A DNA stretch of 64,000 nt from Tubiluchus corallicola (Eukaryota > Animalia > Priapulida). A model generated the notes under the pieces. That model worked only from the letters and a program-made list of their open reading frames with translations, searched no databases and was not told where the DNA came from. Shown here one piece after another: positions 11,915 to 26,900 of this stretch. The stretch lies in the NCBI GenBank assembly GCA_030141605.1, contig JAQGDQ010000001.1, positions 2,480,001 to 2,544,000 of the forward strand, in the 5' to 3' direction. The position numbers and the translations under genes are program-made. Positions within the stretch are counted from its first letter, which is position 1; each line of letters opens with the position of its first letter.

Positions 11915-14900
11915 TGTGAAAAGGAAGAGCTGTATAAGTGCACCTGGCAAATTCATATTAAAACAATTAATACTAACAATCATATTCAGCCTACCCAACT
12001 GCACAATTGAAGAATGCGCATTGCAGCAAATGAAGCCGCTGATTATAGCTTATTAGTTATTTTGGCTGTCACATAATACTAGCTAAACACTTCTAAGATT
12101 CTCCATATTATAACAAAATGATTTATAGAAATTAACAAAGACGGCAAATTTTATACAGTTACAGTTTAGTATACAGTTATAGATTTAAAGTATTACGTTG
12201 AATATTTTTAACATCACTGTGCCTAGAAACAGTAGGATGTTCAGACATCAGCCCTTCATGTTTACAGCGTTACAATAGATAGGGAGAGACAAAAACACGT
12301 CTATCATCGTTGATGATCGTTGGCTAAAAGGATCCCCCTTATCCCGCAATAGTCTTAATCGAATTTTTAGGAGCAAGTCATGTACTGTGCGGGTGTGCGC
12401 AAGTACTACACCTAAAGATATGTACATGAATCATGCGTAAGCATGCACGATAAACACGGAATTTGGAGAACGTGTTACCTGAAATGGCTACAAATAAAGT
12501 TCGAAAGTTATTTGCCTAAGCATGCCAAGTTAGCCGTCCTACATGAATCCACGCCCCACCTGGTCTCCTAGAATGTGCTGCGTACCTTTAGATCAAGATT
12601 AACTTAATATCTTTTTGTCATTTTTCTTTGGAGCTGTCTTACGACCATAAAAGAGGTATCAGTAATGCATATTTTAAATATTCGTAGTCTTTCTTTCAAG
12701 AGAGCCAGCGCAACAGTTCATATTCTGTGTATCTGTAAACATAACCTTATTACTTTTAATACTTTGATCATCGTATTATTTCTAAGCCAAGGCCAAATAT
12801 AAGCTTGGTATGCAGTTGGCACCGAAACACTATTCGCTTACCTAGCGAGTATTCTCTAACTGACGAGCCGAAAATATTGCCTGCTGTTGAAAAATTTTCA
12901 ACAGAGGCATTTTGTAACTAATCATTTTTGTGCACGAACAATGCTGGTACTGACTTGTTTCATTCCAGTAAGCTTTCCAATATTTTGCAATGTGCACGGG
13001 CAGTTGCTGAAGGTGAAAGGTTATGTTAACCCAGCGAGGAGTTTGTGAGTGTAGACTGTAGATACACAAATGTGTTGTTGGCTTCAGATTACCGTCTCAC
13101 GATTATTATCAATCGCTGGAACTGACAAAAAGCTTATTTTTATCATTTAAGGCTGTTTGTTTCCAGATAGTAATTATCGGTATGACCAAAATAATGGGCA
13201 AAACAGCCTACTTTCTGTCGTTGACCTGGAATGGCAAAAACCAAACTATAAAAAGTTTGTTATAAAAAGAAAAATGAGAATAAGAAGTCATTTGTATGTG
13301 CATCACTTATCATCCGAATTCCATAGTCTACATTAATTTGCATTTATAGTGTAAACATTTGCGATCAGGCATCTACGCGATAGATAATTTTTAACTGAGT
13401 TTCATTGAAATAGTTTTGTAAATCAAGCATCAAAAGCAATTGAGTCAACTCCGTCAAAGTATTGAGTCGTGACACAATCATTGATGAAAAAAAATGTAAT
13501 AAACCTTTGTAAATTGTAAATGGCTACATGCAATGTATCATGTATAATTTTTGTAAACATATAGTAAAGACTGAGTATAATTTTTGTAAACATATAGTAA
13601 AGACTGACAGCATTTTTGAAATTGGGTTGTATAAGATAGCGGGCATAAACACTGCTGATCAAAATGGCAACTAATACCAAATATATGATGCGAATCATGT
13701 TTACTATGCCCTTGCTAGTTGTTTTTTGCAAACCACGTTTCCTCCAGTTCAGGGTCTTTGGCTAAACCACAAATTTTGTTAAGTACTTGTCTTGATTCCT
13801 CTGTGCAAGGATACGGCAGTAAAATACTTCTGCAAAGGTTTTAACAATAGTAAAATTGTAAATGCTTTTAATCTGGAGCGTTTGGTCTTCTGACTCTGAG
13901 TTATCCTTTTAAAAGTATGTTGAGCACGTGTATATAATATGGCTTTGCTGAACATTAGAAAGTATAAATGTAGGAACAATGCTTAGCCTGATATTTTAGA
14001 TCTACGCGTGCTAGGTACGCTTCTCATTTTACCTGTCCGATTTTTACCTGAATTGACAAGAAAATAATCTGTGGTTGCAACGATTATGTTCTAGCTATTG
14101 TCGTTTCTGGCGCGTGTACGTCAGTTTGTCAAGTAGAGATTGCGATCTATTAGTTGGCAGTTGCACATATGGGTCACTTGGTCAGATGATTTGATTTTTG
14201 TAGTGCTCTGACTTTGTGGGTGTGTGTTTATGCTGACCTTTAGTTATTAGTTAAAGTAAATTTTCCGCGACATTGCTTATAACAATTCTGCGTAAAGAAG
14301 AAATGTCTTTTCATGACAGTTCTGTTGTACTAATTTACTCTGCGGTGTGTATGACCAACTAGATCTGCTCAAGACTAAACCGCGCGTCATATTTAATTTG
14401 ATTTAATTGCACATCTGTGTTTAATTGATAATCGATTGGAGTATCGAAAGTAGCTAAATTTGGCAGTTTCTTTGCAGTTTGCTAGAACTTTTAACAATGA
14501 TATTCAAGTGTTTCACATTTTTGAATGGTGGTGGTAAATTCGAACGCTGAAAGTTAAACGGTGTAACAGTTTTTACTGAGATTTACTGTACAAGTTTCGG
14601 TACAGGCCAATGCATGTGAGCTTTGTTCGCGAAAACAAGGACATTAGTGAAGATTATAAATTTGAGAATTTGTTTGCAGTTCCCTATTTATTTTTTATAA
14701 TCACTTCTTCGATATCAAATAATATTGTTTTACGTTTGTCAAAAATAAAAAAAGGAATTTTGATGTTTTATAATGGAAGTGGTAAATTCGGATAAAAGAA
14801 ATTTAATAATTTCCGACGTGTCGAAGTTGTTGAAAAGCATTCGACAAAAGCCTCGCCATGTACCGGAGTCAACTCTGAAGCGAGCAAAAACCATGTACAA

Positions 14901-17900
14901 ACCCAGTCCATTTCGCTATCCCAAGAGGCGGCGTCATAATAGCGAAACAGATATGGCTAGGTTTCAGCGGGGAAGTGTCCCAAGCATAAGTATTCCTATC
15001 TCAAAGTTACAGCAATCTGTGGTAAGTTGTTGAAGAGGTGTTTTATACGTATGTAGTTAAAAATGGCGCAGGAAAAAATTGCGCGAACGGAAATGTAGGT
15101 AAAAATGACACAGGAGAAAATGCCATAGCAAAAATGGCGCAGGAATAAATGGTACCAAAAAAATGGCACAAATGGAAAAGTATGTAAAAATGGCACACTT
15201 CGTAAAATATTAGTTTAGGGTTAGGGTTACTGTAGGGGGGAATTACTTTAGTTATTTTTACCACTACCAAAGAAGTTATACTTAACACAGTTTGTTTGTT
15301 CGTTTGTTTGTTTGTCTGTTTGTTTTGTTATTTTTGCCTGTTATGGCAGTACACGTATTACATAAAACTACTTATCAGAAGAGTATAGTGTGCCAAAAAG
15401 GGAATTTTTTTGCAAAACTTGGCCGAACACCATGTACAAAAAACATTCACGAAGCACTTTGTGGAGGTCTCAGAGGGAGTGTTTAGTACTTCTTTTTTAT
15501 TATCTTTACCTGGACGAACAACCACGAGTTACTTTCAGTTTCCATTTTAAGAAATTCTCGCTTGCAAAACTGTGGAACACTGTTTATACCCTTTGCTTAT
15601 TAATGTGTATAGCCTTAGAAGCTGACTTGGTATACAAATACGTATACATTTGTCAGTATATTAACATCGTCGAAATTAATGGTTAAAAAAGGCAAATAAA
15701 CACTATGTGGCATATTCGTGCATTATTGACAACAAACCTGTTTAATGAACAAAATATTTTGTGAGTCTTTTGCTAGTCTATATGATAACAAGACGGGTAG
15801 ATTTTGTATATTTGGTTGTTTATCTTTGTTTTACGTTTTTAGTAAAAAATCAGTCGAATAAGTTTAAGGTTTGGCTTTGGAGGAAATGTTTGCTTCCTAC
15901 TGAACGCATTCTAGTTTTATTATAGAAATCAGTTTCATCAAAATAACGTATTTGCCTTTTTTACCTGTGCTGTTTTTTCCTGGGCCATTTTTACCTGTGT
16001 CATTTTTACTGCTATTACTGAGATCACTGTTTTTGTGTATCTTCTCATCAACTCTTTCTTTTTGTTCGTTTTTTTGATTGTAGATGCTTTGGAACGAATG
16101 GCTTTTGTTATAAATGATTGCAAATAAATTTGCTACTTTTGCATTCGAATTGACCTAATCAAAAAACGGTAATATTTCCAGTCTATTTTCATTATTTCAG
16201 TCTATTTACTTAAATTCCTGCAAGGAACTTGTCGGCGTTCGTCCCTAGAACGATTCGACACTTTTTCAAAACATTTCTTGCTAAGTTGTTAAAACAGCTT
16301 GTTAAACAATTATATATAGCAATGCATAATTATCATCGATGGCATTTGTAACATGAGTTATTAGTTGGAGTTTCACAGGTTTTTTAAATAAATGTTCAAA
16401 AAGCGAGCCCACCCACAAAAAGCGAAAATGAAGTAAAATGTGTCACTGAACAAATTGTATTCAAAGAGTGGAATTTTTATGACATTAAAACTGATACTAG
16501 TTTTTGTTTGTATATATGTTGCACAATTTATAATTAAGTTTTCACTTGCAAATAACTATGACTCGCTCTCCTTGCGCAACTGTCTGTCTGTTTCACAAGG
16601 TCGAAGTAGATTTTTATTATTATCTATAGGTGCGAATTATAGTCTATTATAATGTTAATTATCTAACATAAGCCTAATTGCATTTTCATGGTGAAAGAAC
16701 ACCTATAATAGTCTTAGCTCATTTAGTTGATACAGCTTTACTGTATGAAGCAAGTTTTTTGTGAAACTTTATATCCACTTGCGCAGGTTTAATACCAGTT
16801 TTCCGTGCTCCGATTTGCACCTGCAGTATCGTAATTTCCAGCTTAATAATTATCAGTTATTTGCTTCGCTGTGTGTAGCGGCAATGCATGTCTGATTTCA
16901 GAAAATTAGCCTGTCCAACTATTTTAGTATAATAAGAGCAGTGACAGGAGGTCATACGTGTTGCAGCGTTGTTGTTTTAGAATGCAGACGATTTTTATAA
17001 TGCATCGTGAAATGTGAGGGATTGGTGTATGCTGAAGTGAAATTACACAGGGCAATTAGTGGCACACGAGTTAGTAAATGATAAATGTAAACAAGTTACA
17101 ATGTATGCGTCTACACACAATTTACTTCAGGACTCGCCTTTGTCTAATGAGAAAGATGTTCGTAGAAAAACAATGGGAAGATACGAACTGCGAGTAAGTG
17201 AAAGTATTGGGAAAATGTGTGCCGCACTGTGCTGCTTCAGTTTCTTTAGAGTTGTAGAAGTAACTTGCTTAGAAAGCTTCAAAAGAAAATTGAGACATAT
17301 GATTACTATCACACATATTCCTGTCTAACTTGCAATTCTCATACATCATGTACATGGCGTAACAATATTCTGTTGTTAATTTGTAAAATGCAGTAGCGAG
17401 TTGCCTTGGGGCATTGGCAAAGCTTTTAGTAAAAATAATGTGCAAATTATAATTACTGGAATTAAGGCATTTCTACAGGATGTATGTTTTTACTGAAAAC
17501 AATGATGCTGTACTAGTTTAGAAATTGTTCAAGTTTAATAGAAGGGAGCTTTATAGTCCCAGCTTTAAATGATCCAGATGAACAAAAGCATTTCATTGGA
17601 TTACGTTCATAAATGGAAGGATAAACCATTACAGCTAACCCGTGACTGTGCTTAAAATCATCACTAAAATGGTTGACTTAAAATGAATTAAAAGCTTAAA
17701 AGCAACCATTGCCAGCGAAATTTTTATGTAGTAACCCTAGTATTGCGTTAGGACTCGACCACATTTCAGCTACATAGATAGAGGACTTCATCTCTCTGAT
17801 GGGTACACGGACACACGAAACGTTTCACGGTAGTTCAATAGTTCTATATTTTGAAAATTTCAGAACATAGATGATTTTTATATTATGGCTGGTTTTGATG

Positions 17901-20900
17901 TCAATTCTTTTAAGATTCTCCCAAAACCAAAGAGGACTTCTTTTATTGATTTAAATCATTCAAATCGTATATTGTCATCTAGCGAATTTAAAAGTCAAGT
18001 AGGCTATTTGGCGGTTCCTATATGTGCATAACTAGCTGTTTGAAGAAGGTGTCTGATATCTAATGGGAAATTAATAAAATTAAATCAAGCTTAATAAAAC
18101 GTAAGCTAACACAAAAAATAGGTGAATGAGCTTTTGTGTATTGTAGTTGTACTAATTGGGGTAGCTGTATTATTTGCTGGGGAAGTTAAAGAGGTTGTGA
18201 CGGTTGTGTCAAAATTGGAACATCAAAGTTTGTTACGTTTTTAAAAGAATTAAGTGACAATCATTGTCTTTATAATTTTAAATATATAATAGCGCCAAAT
18301 AAATACTTTGCTGTATTTGAAGTCTTTGTTGCGTACTTACATGAAGCATGTAAGTCACTTGAGCTATCCACAATGTTTCACAGTTTTTTGCATTTATAGG
18401 GCATCCAAGGCTTCGACGAGGTGCGAAAATATATAAGAAGTGGGGAAGAGTTTTGCAAGGAGGTTGCCTCTTATATCAGTGAAAGGTATGCTTCTTTTAT
18501 CTTAAACCAAGTTGTGTGACACATGCTCCTGGTATATTTCATCATTGCGTTCTATATTTATGTATTTTCAGCAAAATATTTTCTAAAAGTCTTTTCGTAA
18601 ACATATCGTTCTTCTAGTCTTAACCAAATCATAGATTAAGTGCAACACACTATTTTAAGAATAATTGTGAACAAGAATACATATCTATAGTGGGAATTAA
18701 TTATTAAATCTTGAATTAGGTACCTTGCTTTTGCCTGAAAACTAAAGGAACTGATTTGATGATTTTTATTATTACTTTTATGTGATTTGTTCCAGGGCTG
18801 AATGTGAGCTTAATTATGCAAAAGGATTATCGAAAATTGTAACTAAGCTGCAGAAGACCACCTCAGCCAGTATAGGGTATGTAAAAGGCATTACTGTGTA
18901 AACTTTGGCATTAAATGACTAAACCTTACTGCAATGGTCTGGTTGTCCATAATTTAGGCGTTTGCTCAAGTGATTTAACTCTCTCCAGTTTGCAATTTTT
19001 TGTTAAGTTGTTGCTTTTGTAAGTTTTGTTGTTATATGTTATAGTTATGTATAGTTATATGTAGTTATCATGTCATGGGTTAAAAACTATAAATAACAAT
19101 AACAATATTTAAATTAATGCTGTTAAAGTTGAAACACTAATGAGTTTACCTTAAGTCTTGCGTTATTAAAACCAATAGCAAATAACATCAGTCAGAAACA
19201 TCAATAAAAAAGTGAAATTTTGTTTGCCTTCTAATATATATTTTTAAAGTACATTGTATTAACTATTAACTACTTTATGACTTGTTTGAGCTTTGCATGT
19301 GATAATAATAGCCAATCGTTGTATCGTATAACATGGTTATCCATTCTTTCAAATAGATGCATAATACATGTATCAATGAAAATCTCTTTCACCGCTGTAT
19401 TACATATTCTGTGTAATGTGTCTGTGTAGCTAAAATAGGTCAATAGTTTATTCATGATTGTTATTATCATTAAAGTTCTATAATTGATAAAATTTGCACC
19501 CAAGTGAGCGGAGATGGCTCTGCAGCTTATTAAAGCAGCACTATTATTTCACACACTATTGCTTAGCCTTTCACGATCTTTTCCCAGCTTTATTTTGCAC
19601 CTGCTTATTGATGTATTTATAAAAGCTTGTTGTACAAAAAAGGAGCAGCCTGGGCAATTACAACAGGAACCATTGTGCATTGTCGTCTCTACTTCCTCTT
19701 TCATGAAAAGATTGACCTCATGATCCGAGTTGCTTGCTTTTTGGACAAATTGCCAACATTTTTATAATCGTGTTCATGTTCTGGGTGGCTAGTTGTCTGC
19801 TATACCTTGCATATCTTTGATTACTGACATTTCACTTCATAGCAATTAATCCTAATAATATATTAACGAAATGTAATTTTTAGCAATAATAATTTACATT
19901 TTGCAATTTTATAGACTTTCATAATCATTCTTATATTTTATATATTAATATATATACCGCATCATGTGCTGTATACACAGTAATTTGACATTATTAACCA
20001 CAGGAAACGTAATTATGGTGCCAATGACACTAACACAGATGTATTCTTTCTAATCACTACTAAAGTACACAATGAGTAGCTGGTGAATAACTCATTAAAT
20101 ATTTGATTTATATATTATGATTAAAACTTATTAATCTATTCTTATATAATATCTATATTATACAGCATATCTAGCTTATAAGATTGTAACACCTGTTGAA
20201 AATTAGGTAAGACAATGTGATTTCGATGGTCAGTCTTCAAGGTTAGTAGCTTAGTACAAAGACATTGAAAATGCGTTTGTGCAAAAACCCGTAATGAGTT
20301 AATATACGTGTGCGCCTAAATGTTATTAAAAGCCAATGTTTGGTTTGCAACTTGCTTTGGTATCAACATAATAATCATCTGTTTGCTTGAGCAAACTTAG
20401 ACTCTTGATATAGCCTTTAGAAAAGGAATGACTCCATGTATAAATTAACAATATAATCTAACAACACAAGAGTCTCGACTTAGGATCTAGAGAAATACAG
20501 TAAATGCATACTGGCAATGCTAAATGCAGCTTTGCAAAATGTTCTTGGATACTAGTTTAATATGCTGTATGCTTAATGTTGTAGACAGCTTTCATAGGTT
20601 CCACTGTAAGAGAATATTCAGTCATAAATCAATATATTATTTTACCAACCGACATACTTTGTTTTTTTACAGATTGATAAAGTGTAAGGTAAATTTATAA
20701 CCTTTGTTTACCACGTGTTTTTAACAACTGGAATTGTCAGTTTATGTTTTTGCTTACTTTATTCTTAAAATCATTTTAACATTATGTGCATATAGAGAAA
20801 TTATTTAATGCAGGCAGCCGAAGCACTGCACTAGTGATGACAGTTCGTTGAAATTTTTATTTAAATTTCTAGGTAACTTAGATTTTTATCACGTAATATT

Positions 20901-23900
20901 ATTTTATTGGTTGCTGTGTACTCATAAGTCATACAAATCATATCGTTTCACGTCCAGAGTAAGTGTTATCAAAACGTTACTTTCTATATAAAGTAGAATT
21001 TGAAATTTAAATGAATGAAAATTTAAATCCATGGAACCCATGTTAAAAAAATCTGGTGGCTTCCTTCTCATATCATTCCAGGTATGCCACCGGTTATTGT
21101 TATCTTCATTAAATTGGTTTTCTGCAAGTTTACTATTGAAGAAATAATTTTATTTACTAATTTCTGTTGGAAATTTTCGTTTGAATTAAACTTGTTATGT
21201 TAGTAATCTTTTTCACATGTGTGGCCTTAATTTTTCGCGTGTACCTGTGTCCAGTTTAGTTTAAATAAGTATAATCAAAATAAATCAAGTAAATTATGGT
21301 AGCATCACATGCTATTACATGGACATTTCAAGTTAGGAATCACAGATGTTTTGTAGGTGTTATGTTGTTGCAGTCATAGTACAAAATCTCCCAGACGTGT
21401 TACAGTGTTGTTTATTTTGTTGCATATAATGGCCACCGATAATTATATTACTATCTATTGCTATTACTCTGTTACTCAAGTTTTATTTCGCTCGTTTTAA
21501 TAATGTCACACCGTCATGTATATCACAGATGAAACCATTATTACCAAGACGTATCAATGAAACTTGGTTTTTGGGTTTTATGAGAATGGTGTATGTAGTT
21601 TTCAAAACTTGAAGAACAACTTTTTTTCTCAACAATGTACGTTACTGTAGATGAAAAGTATAATTGTTTAACTACATATTCCTTATTTGGTGCTGTGCTA
21701 AAAAACATGTTTTGGCATCATAAGCATTTTTTGCCTTTCGCTCATTCTAAAAAAAATTGTGTCCATATTTACACAATTCAATGGGGTTTTCGTTAATTTC
21801 TCCAACAAAAAGGTGAAATGATAATAAAGCAACAAAGTGCATTGTTCTGGTAATCTAACCTACATTAATTAAACTGATCATAATTGTTTAGACAGATGAA
21901 ACGGCTGTCATTTTCTCTTGATACTTGTCTTTAATAATCTGTTGAAGCATTGCATGTCAGAAGTGAGAGTATTCAGAAAAATAATAGACTGGGTAAGGTG
22001 TTCCTGTTACATGAACTAGAAGGTTCTATTGTAGAGGGCGATTATCTTTGCTGGTCGTCACTTGTCGTTATTGTTTTGATGGCAATTAGAGCAGAGAAAG
22101 TAAACAAGTAAATAAATTCCTTTTGTTGAGTATATACCAAGCGGTAATCAGTTGATCCCAGCATCTTTTCTGCCATGTATTGACAGACAGTACAAATCCA
22201 GCTTTAAGCTGGTAACAAATTTTGCCTTTCAGTAAAAGAGTATTTGGGGCAAGCTTTTTTTCGGTATCATTATTGCACTAATGTTTTTTGCATTTCGTTT
22301 GACACGTCTGTTGGTACATCCTTTATGAGGAAGGATTTGGTCTTTCCACAAACATTAAGTAGATCGTCCCAATGAATGCTAGATTCGAGCTTGCAGAGGT
22401 TGCAAGTCCAATTATTAGCTAATGGATCACATAGGTAATTTATAAATTATTTTTATTTGAACGTGACATATAGTTTTATGTGTTGTACCCGGTGTGTGGT
22501 GGTTTTATTCTCTTTTGGTCTATTTATGTTTAACATGTTACTTACTATAATGTATAATTGTACCAAATTTTTCCAAATTTGAATTTATCAAGAATTTTTG
22601 TGGAATTAGTTGCAGTTAGTAATTAATATTAATTTTATACTTTAAGCTTTTTAATACATTTGAATAATTTTAATCTTCTATTTAAAAACGTTAGTTTTTG
22701 AGACACGTATAGTACGATTTTATTTAAGTGCAAGTATCGATCTTCTCATCGATAGATTCAAATTAGTTCACATCTAAGCTGAACGAGTCATCCAACATGA
22801 ACTTTAGGTGTGTTATAACATGTTATAACTTCCTGGTATAATTTCCTTCTTCCTAGTCAAAAGCCAACAATTGTCCTGTTATCGTCAAGCGGTAGTCGTA
22901 ATGCTGCCGATTGCTTTCACGCGGGTAGTCATATCTAATCTCCTACTTGCTTTCAGTAAGCACGCATTCAGACTAATTATGCCGAAAGCATAATTCTGTC
23001 TATTTGTAATCCAGCAATACGTATTTTGGAATACCAGTAATTTCAGTAGCTTGTCGTCCCACATTGCATTATATATTTAATGAAACTTAGAAATTACCAA
23101 TACAGTAGCAGGTGTTTTTGGTTATTCACGATTATTTTACATACGTTTGTGCAGAAATAAATTTCACTTCCAAGTGAAATAAAATCGGTACTGATAATAG
23201 TCAAAGAACTTTTACACATCTTTCTATATAAAAGTTTATGCGGAATCCAAGAAAATTAATTCATGCATAATTTCTTAAGTTATTCAGCACATTGCTGCAA
23301 CACTTTGAGTGTTTAAACTCTCCAAACTGATATTGTGTTGCTTTTTATTGTAATTTTTTTCTGAACAATCACCCATTTTTTGCAAATGTAGTATATCGCT
23401 ACTTAGCATATAAAGATAAGTGCAATAATTGTTAAATTGTATAGTAAGTAATTTACAGATATAAATATAACTAACTTCTTTTGATAATCGGTTAAGCTAC
23501 TTCTTTTTCTGTTGCAATTGACTGATCAGTCTTTTTTACTTATTGCTTGTACAGGTTCAAAATTTCTCTTTTACTTCACTGTCAAATTTTGTACAGTCTT
23601 ACTGAGGTTTATTAAGTTTTATAAGTATTAATTGAAAAATGGAGCTTCACTTGTTATCACAGTCCAATTACGTGCACAATGATAACTGCTATATACAGAC
23701 TTTGCAAGTGGAATTTTATTTGGACAGTCAAGACAATTTATAACTTTAAATGACTGAAAAGGTGAAATTGCTGGCATACCTGTAACAGCTTTCTTACAAG
23801 CCCCAGGCTGTACGTTTGGTTTACTGTACTGTGCCACAAGGTTACACGACGCAGAAGTTTTTATTGTGATTTAATTATTAATTAGTATTATTTTAATTTT

Positions 23901-26900
23901 TATAGTACCTTAGCTCATGCTTGGATGGTTGCAGCTACTGAACTGGACGCAGAAGCAGAAGCACACAAATGTTTAGCCAGTTATCTAACTGAAGATGTTG
24001 TGAAACCAATCAAAGCTTTGTATGCCAACCAAAGTAGAAACAGAAAGCAGGTAAAAAAGACTAACAGCTTTCAGGAGGTTTTGAAGGATTATTTAATACG
24101 TGATAGAGAAAAAGCAGATGAATTTGGTGAATGGAACTTGAAATGAATTTAGTGAATTAACAAATCTTGTAATTTCTCTTATACAATGAATGTTTCTTTT
24201 CTAAATTTCTTATAGAGCTTTTGCAAAAAAAAAAACATTTAAACTGTTGCATTTGTAAGTCGCATTTTATTTTCAGATATGTGTTAGCTATTTTGTATTC
24301 AGTATTTAAGACTAATTTTGACAGTAGTTTGCAATTTTGCAGAAATTTTGCTGTGGTTCTAAACAGCCATTATTTTTAGTGGCATGGCTTATTTGCGCTA
24401 TCAGTCATTTCACCAAATATTATGTTTTTGTTAAGATTTTGCCATAGTAAAATCTTACTGTTTTTTCATTGAGTTATTATTATTATTATTTATTCTCAGC
24501 CACTTTGACGCTTAATAACTCATAAGCCTTGCGAGCTAAGGTCACCAAACTCACAGGATTGGTAGGCCTGGGCGGTGGACGTACAACAGTGTAACAACCA
24601 GTGACCACTGGTCAAGGGGGAAGGGCAGTGGGCATTTGGTCTGTTTTTCCTTTAGGTCGCATCTCCTTCTAGGGCTTTTGGTTTTTTCTAATTTTTTTTC
24701 ACAAAGCTTTAAACGCCTGAGGGAGGGGCCAAAATGCAAAATTTGGGGTCCCCCAATTTGTGACCTTTTATTCGCTGAGCGCTAGGGACACAAAACTCAC
24801 AGGGTACACTCTCTGGCCAAAGTTATATATGTATACACGTGACCCGAGTTGCTGGGTCAAAGGTCACGGAGCGGTGGGGTCTTCATTAATTTTTTTAGGA
24901 TCCATCTGCTCCCACGGTTTTTGAGCTAGGGCGACAATATTTGGTATTGCGGTTAGGTGGGGCCAAGTTGTTGGATATAGCAAAATATGGGTGATTTGGA
25001 GGGGGGAAATTTTCCGATAGGAGGCAAAAACCAAAAAATGGGGGTTGGGAACAGAAATGCATCAAGTGTCGTAGAATAGTAACGTGTAGCATATCAAATG
25101 AAAGATTTCGATGAGACGAATCGAATGGCAAGGTTACAACGAGAATAGCCGACCGACCCATAGGGGGCAAAAACCGAAAAATGGGTGTCGGGAACTAAAG
25201 TGCACTAAGTGTTGAGCAAAGGTGCCTTGTAGCATATCAAATCAAAGGTCTCAGTGAGGCGGATCGAATGGCATCGGGTGCAATGAGAATAGCTAATCAG
25301 CGAGCCTGTTAGGGGGCAAAAACCGAAAAATGGGGGTCGGGAACAGAAATGCATCGAGTGTCTACGAATAGTACCATGTCGCATATCAAATGACTGGCCT
25401 TCATGAGGCAAATTGAATGGTATAGATTACAGTGTGAATTGTTAACCTATGACCCAGTTAGGGGCAAAATGGGGGTCGAGGAGACAAATGCCTTCCAGGG
25501 TCTATCAAAAGTAGGTTGTTGTATATCAAATGAAAGGCCTCAATGAGACGAACTGAATGATATAAGTTATGCCACGATTGTTGACCTTTGACCCGTGGGT
25601 GATGGACTGAAGTGTTAAATGCTGAAGTTTTATTGTGAAATGCACTTTCCACGTATTCAAGCAATTCAATAAAAGAAAATAAGCACTTCAAAAAAGGCTG
25701 TCGTCACTTCATTTTTAAGGCTGAATTTTTTAACTGGTGTTTGCAAAATCTTCAGTTTCTAACCACGTCAGAAACATTGTCAACTAGTTAGTGTTGAATT
25801 TCTTTAACTGTTTTGCCTAGATTGAAAGTGGTGTAGACAAGGCACTGAGAAATCTTTCAGACAGAAGGCAAGATGAGTCCAAGGTATGACCGAGCATTTT
25901 AATTGTAAACGGAATACGGCCTGTAGGATTGCAGGTGGAGCTTAATCATTTATTAGTAATTTACAGAACTATCGCTAATGTGTAATTCAAATGCAGGTTT
26001 AATGTTTTGATAATGCCTTAGCAATTATGTTCATTTTCCTGCTTGAAAAAATAGTGCACATTCATTACCTCCACTAAGGAGGTTATGTTTTCATCGCCCT
26101 TGTTTTGTGAATTTGTTTGCTATTTAAAGAAATGATGCAAAAACTGCTTCATCAATTTTTATGAAAGCTTGTGGAGGGGTGGGGCATGTGGCAAAGGAGG
26201 TTTTCAATTTTTATGCAATTCGGAACATCTCTGAGGAAATTTGGTGCCAAATGAATATTTTTTACTGTTTTTTCGCTAAATTTGACAAATACTGTGCAGA
26301 AAGAACTTTTGTTGCAGCACTATGTGGGTTTCTTGGAGGGAGTTTTATACCTCTTTGGTGAAGGAGGAATTGGGTTACAACATAGGATAGCTATGAACGT
26401 CCTCAGGTTCAATTTCGGGGATTCTTGCTAGGATGCTGTAATGATGAATACAGGTCTATTGTGTGACATCGTCACTTATATTCTGAACTTATCTCAGTGT
26501 ACCATATGTATAATTGTAAATGCACTGTATTTAATGGTTAAGACCAGTAGAACAATTACTCATTACATTTTAACCTGGCTGTATAGTTTAGCAAGTATAG
26601 GGCAAATATAGTATATGGTCAGGCCTTAGCAGAAACCTTTGCTCTCCTGCGTGCCCTTTTAGTTTTTGTTGGTTGTTGTGAGAAAATGAATGGTCATGGA
26701 AGGGTGGTAGATTCAAATATGACATGGTCACGAGACCGCTGACTATGTTGCATTTATGACTGTGGAGCCCTCTGTATGGAGAAAAACCTCAAGTGTATGG
26801 AACTCCTTTATTATTTGCAGTTTTTTGTCATAATTATTGTTTTTGTAATTGTCTTTTGACAGGCCAAGAGGCAGGATTTTGCTTGCACAAAACAGAATGA

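Noticed and set aside
11626-12056. SL- and ER-repeat ORFs
   Set aside because: Translations of the (GA)n microsatellite.
12879-12908. Hairpin GCCTGCTGTTGAAAAATTTTCAACAGAGGC
   Set aside because: Too short and nearly loopless for a pre-miRNA; no other support.
15214-15229. TTAGGG telomere-like repeats (also ~10666-10680)
   Set aside because: Only ~2 units and part of a dispersed element, so not an interstitial telomere.
25020-25600. CRISPR-like repeat/spacer appearance
   Set aside because: Eukaryotic intron, ~145-bp diverged units, mutually similar 'spacers', and no cas genes.
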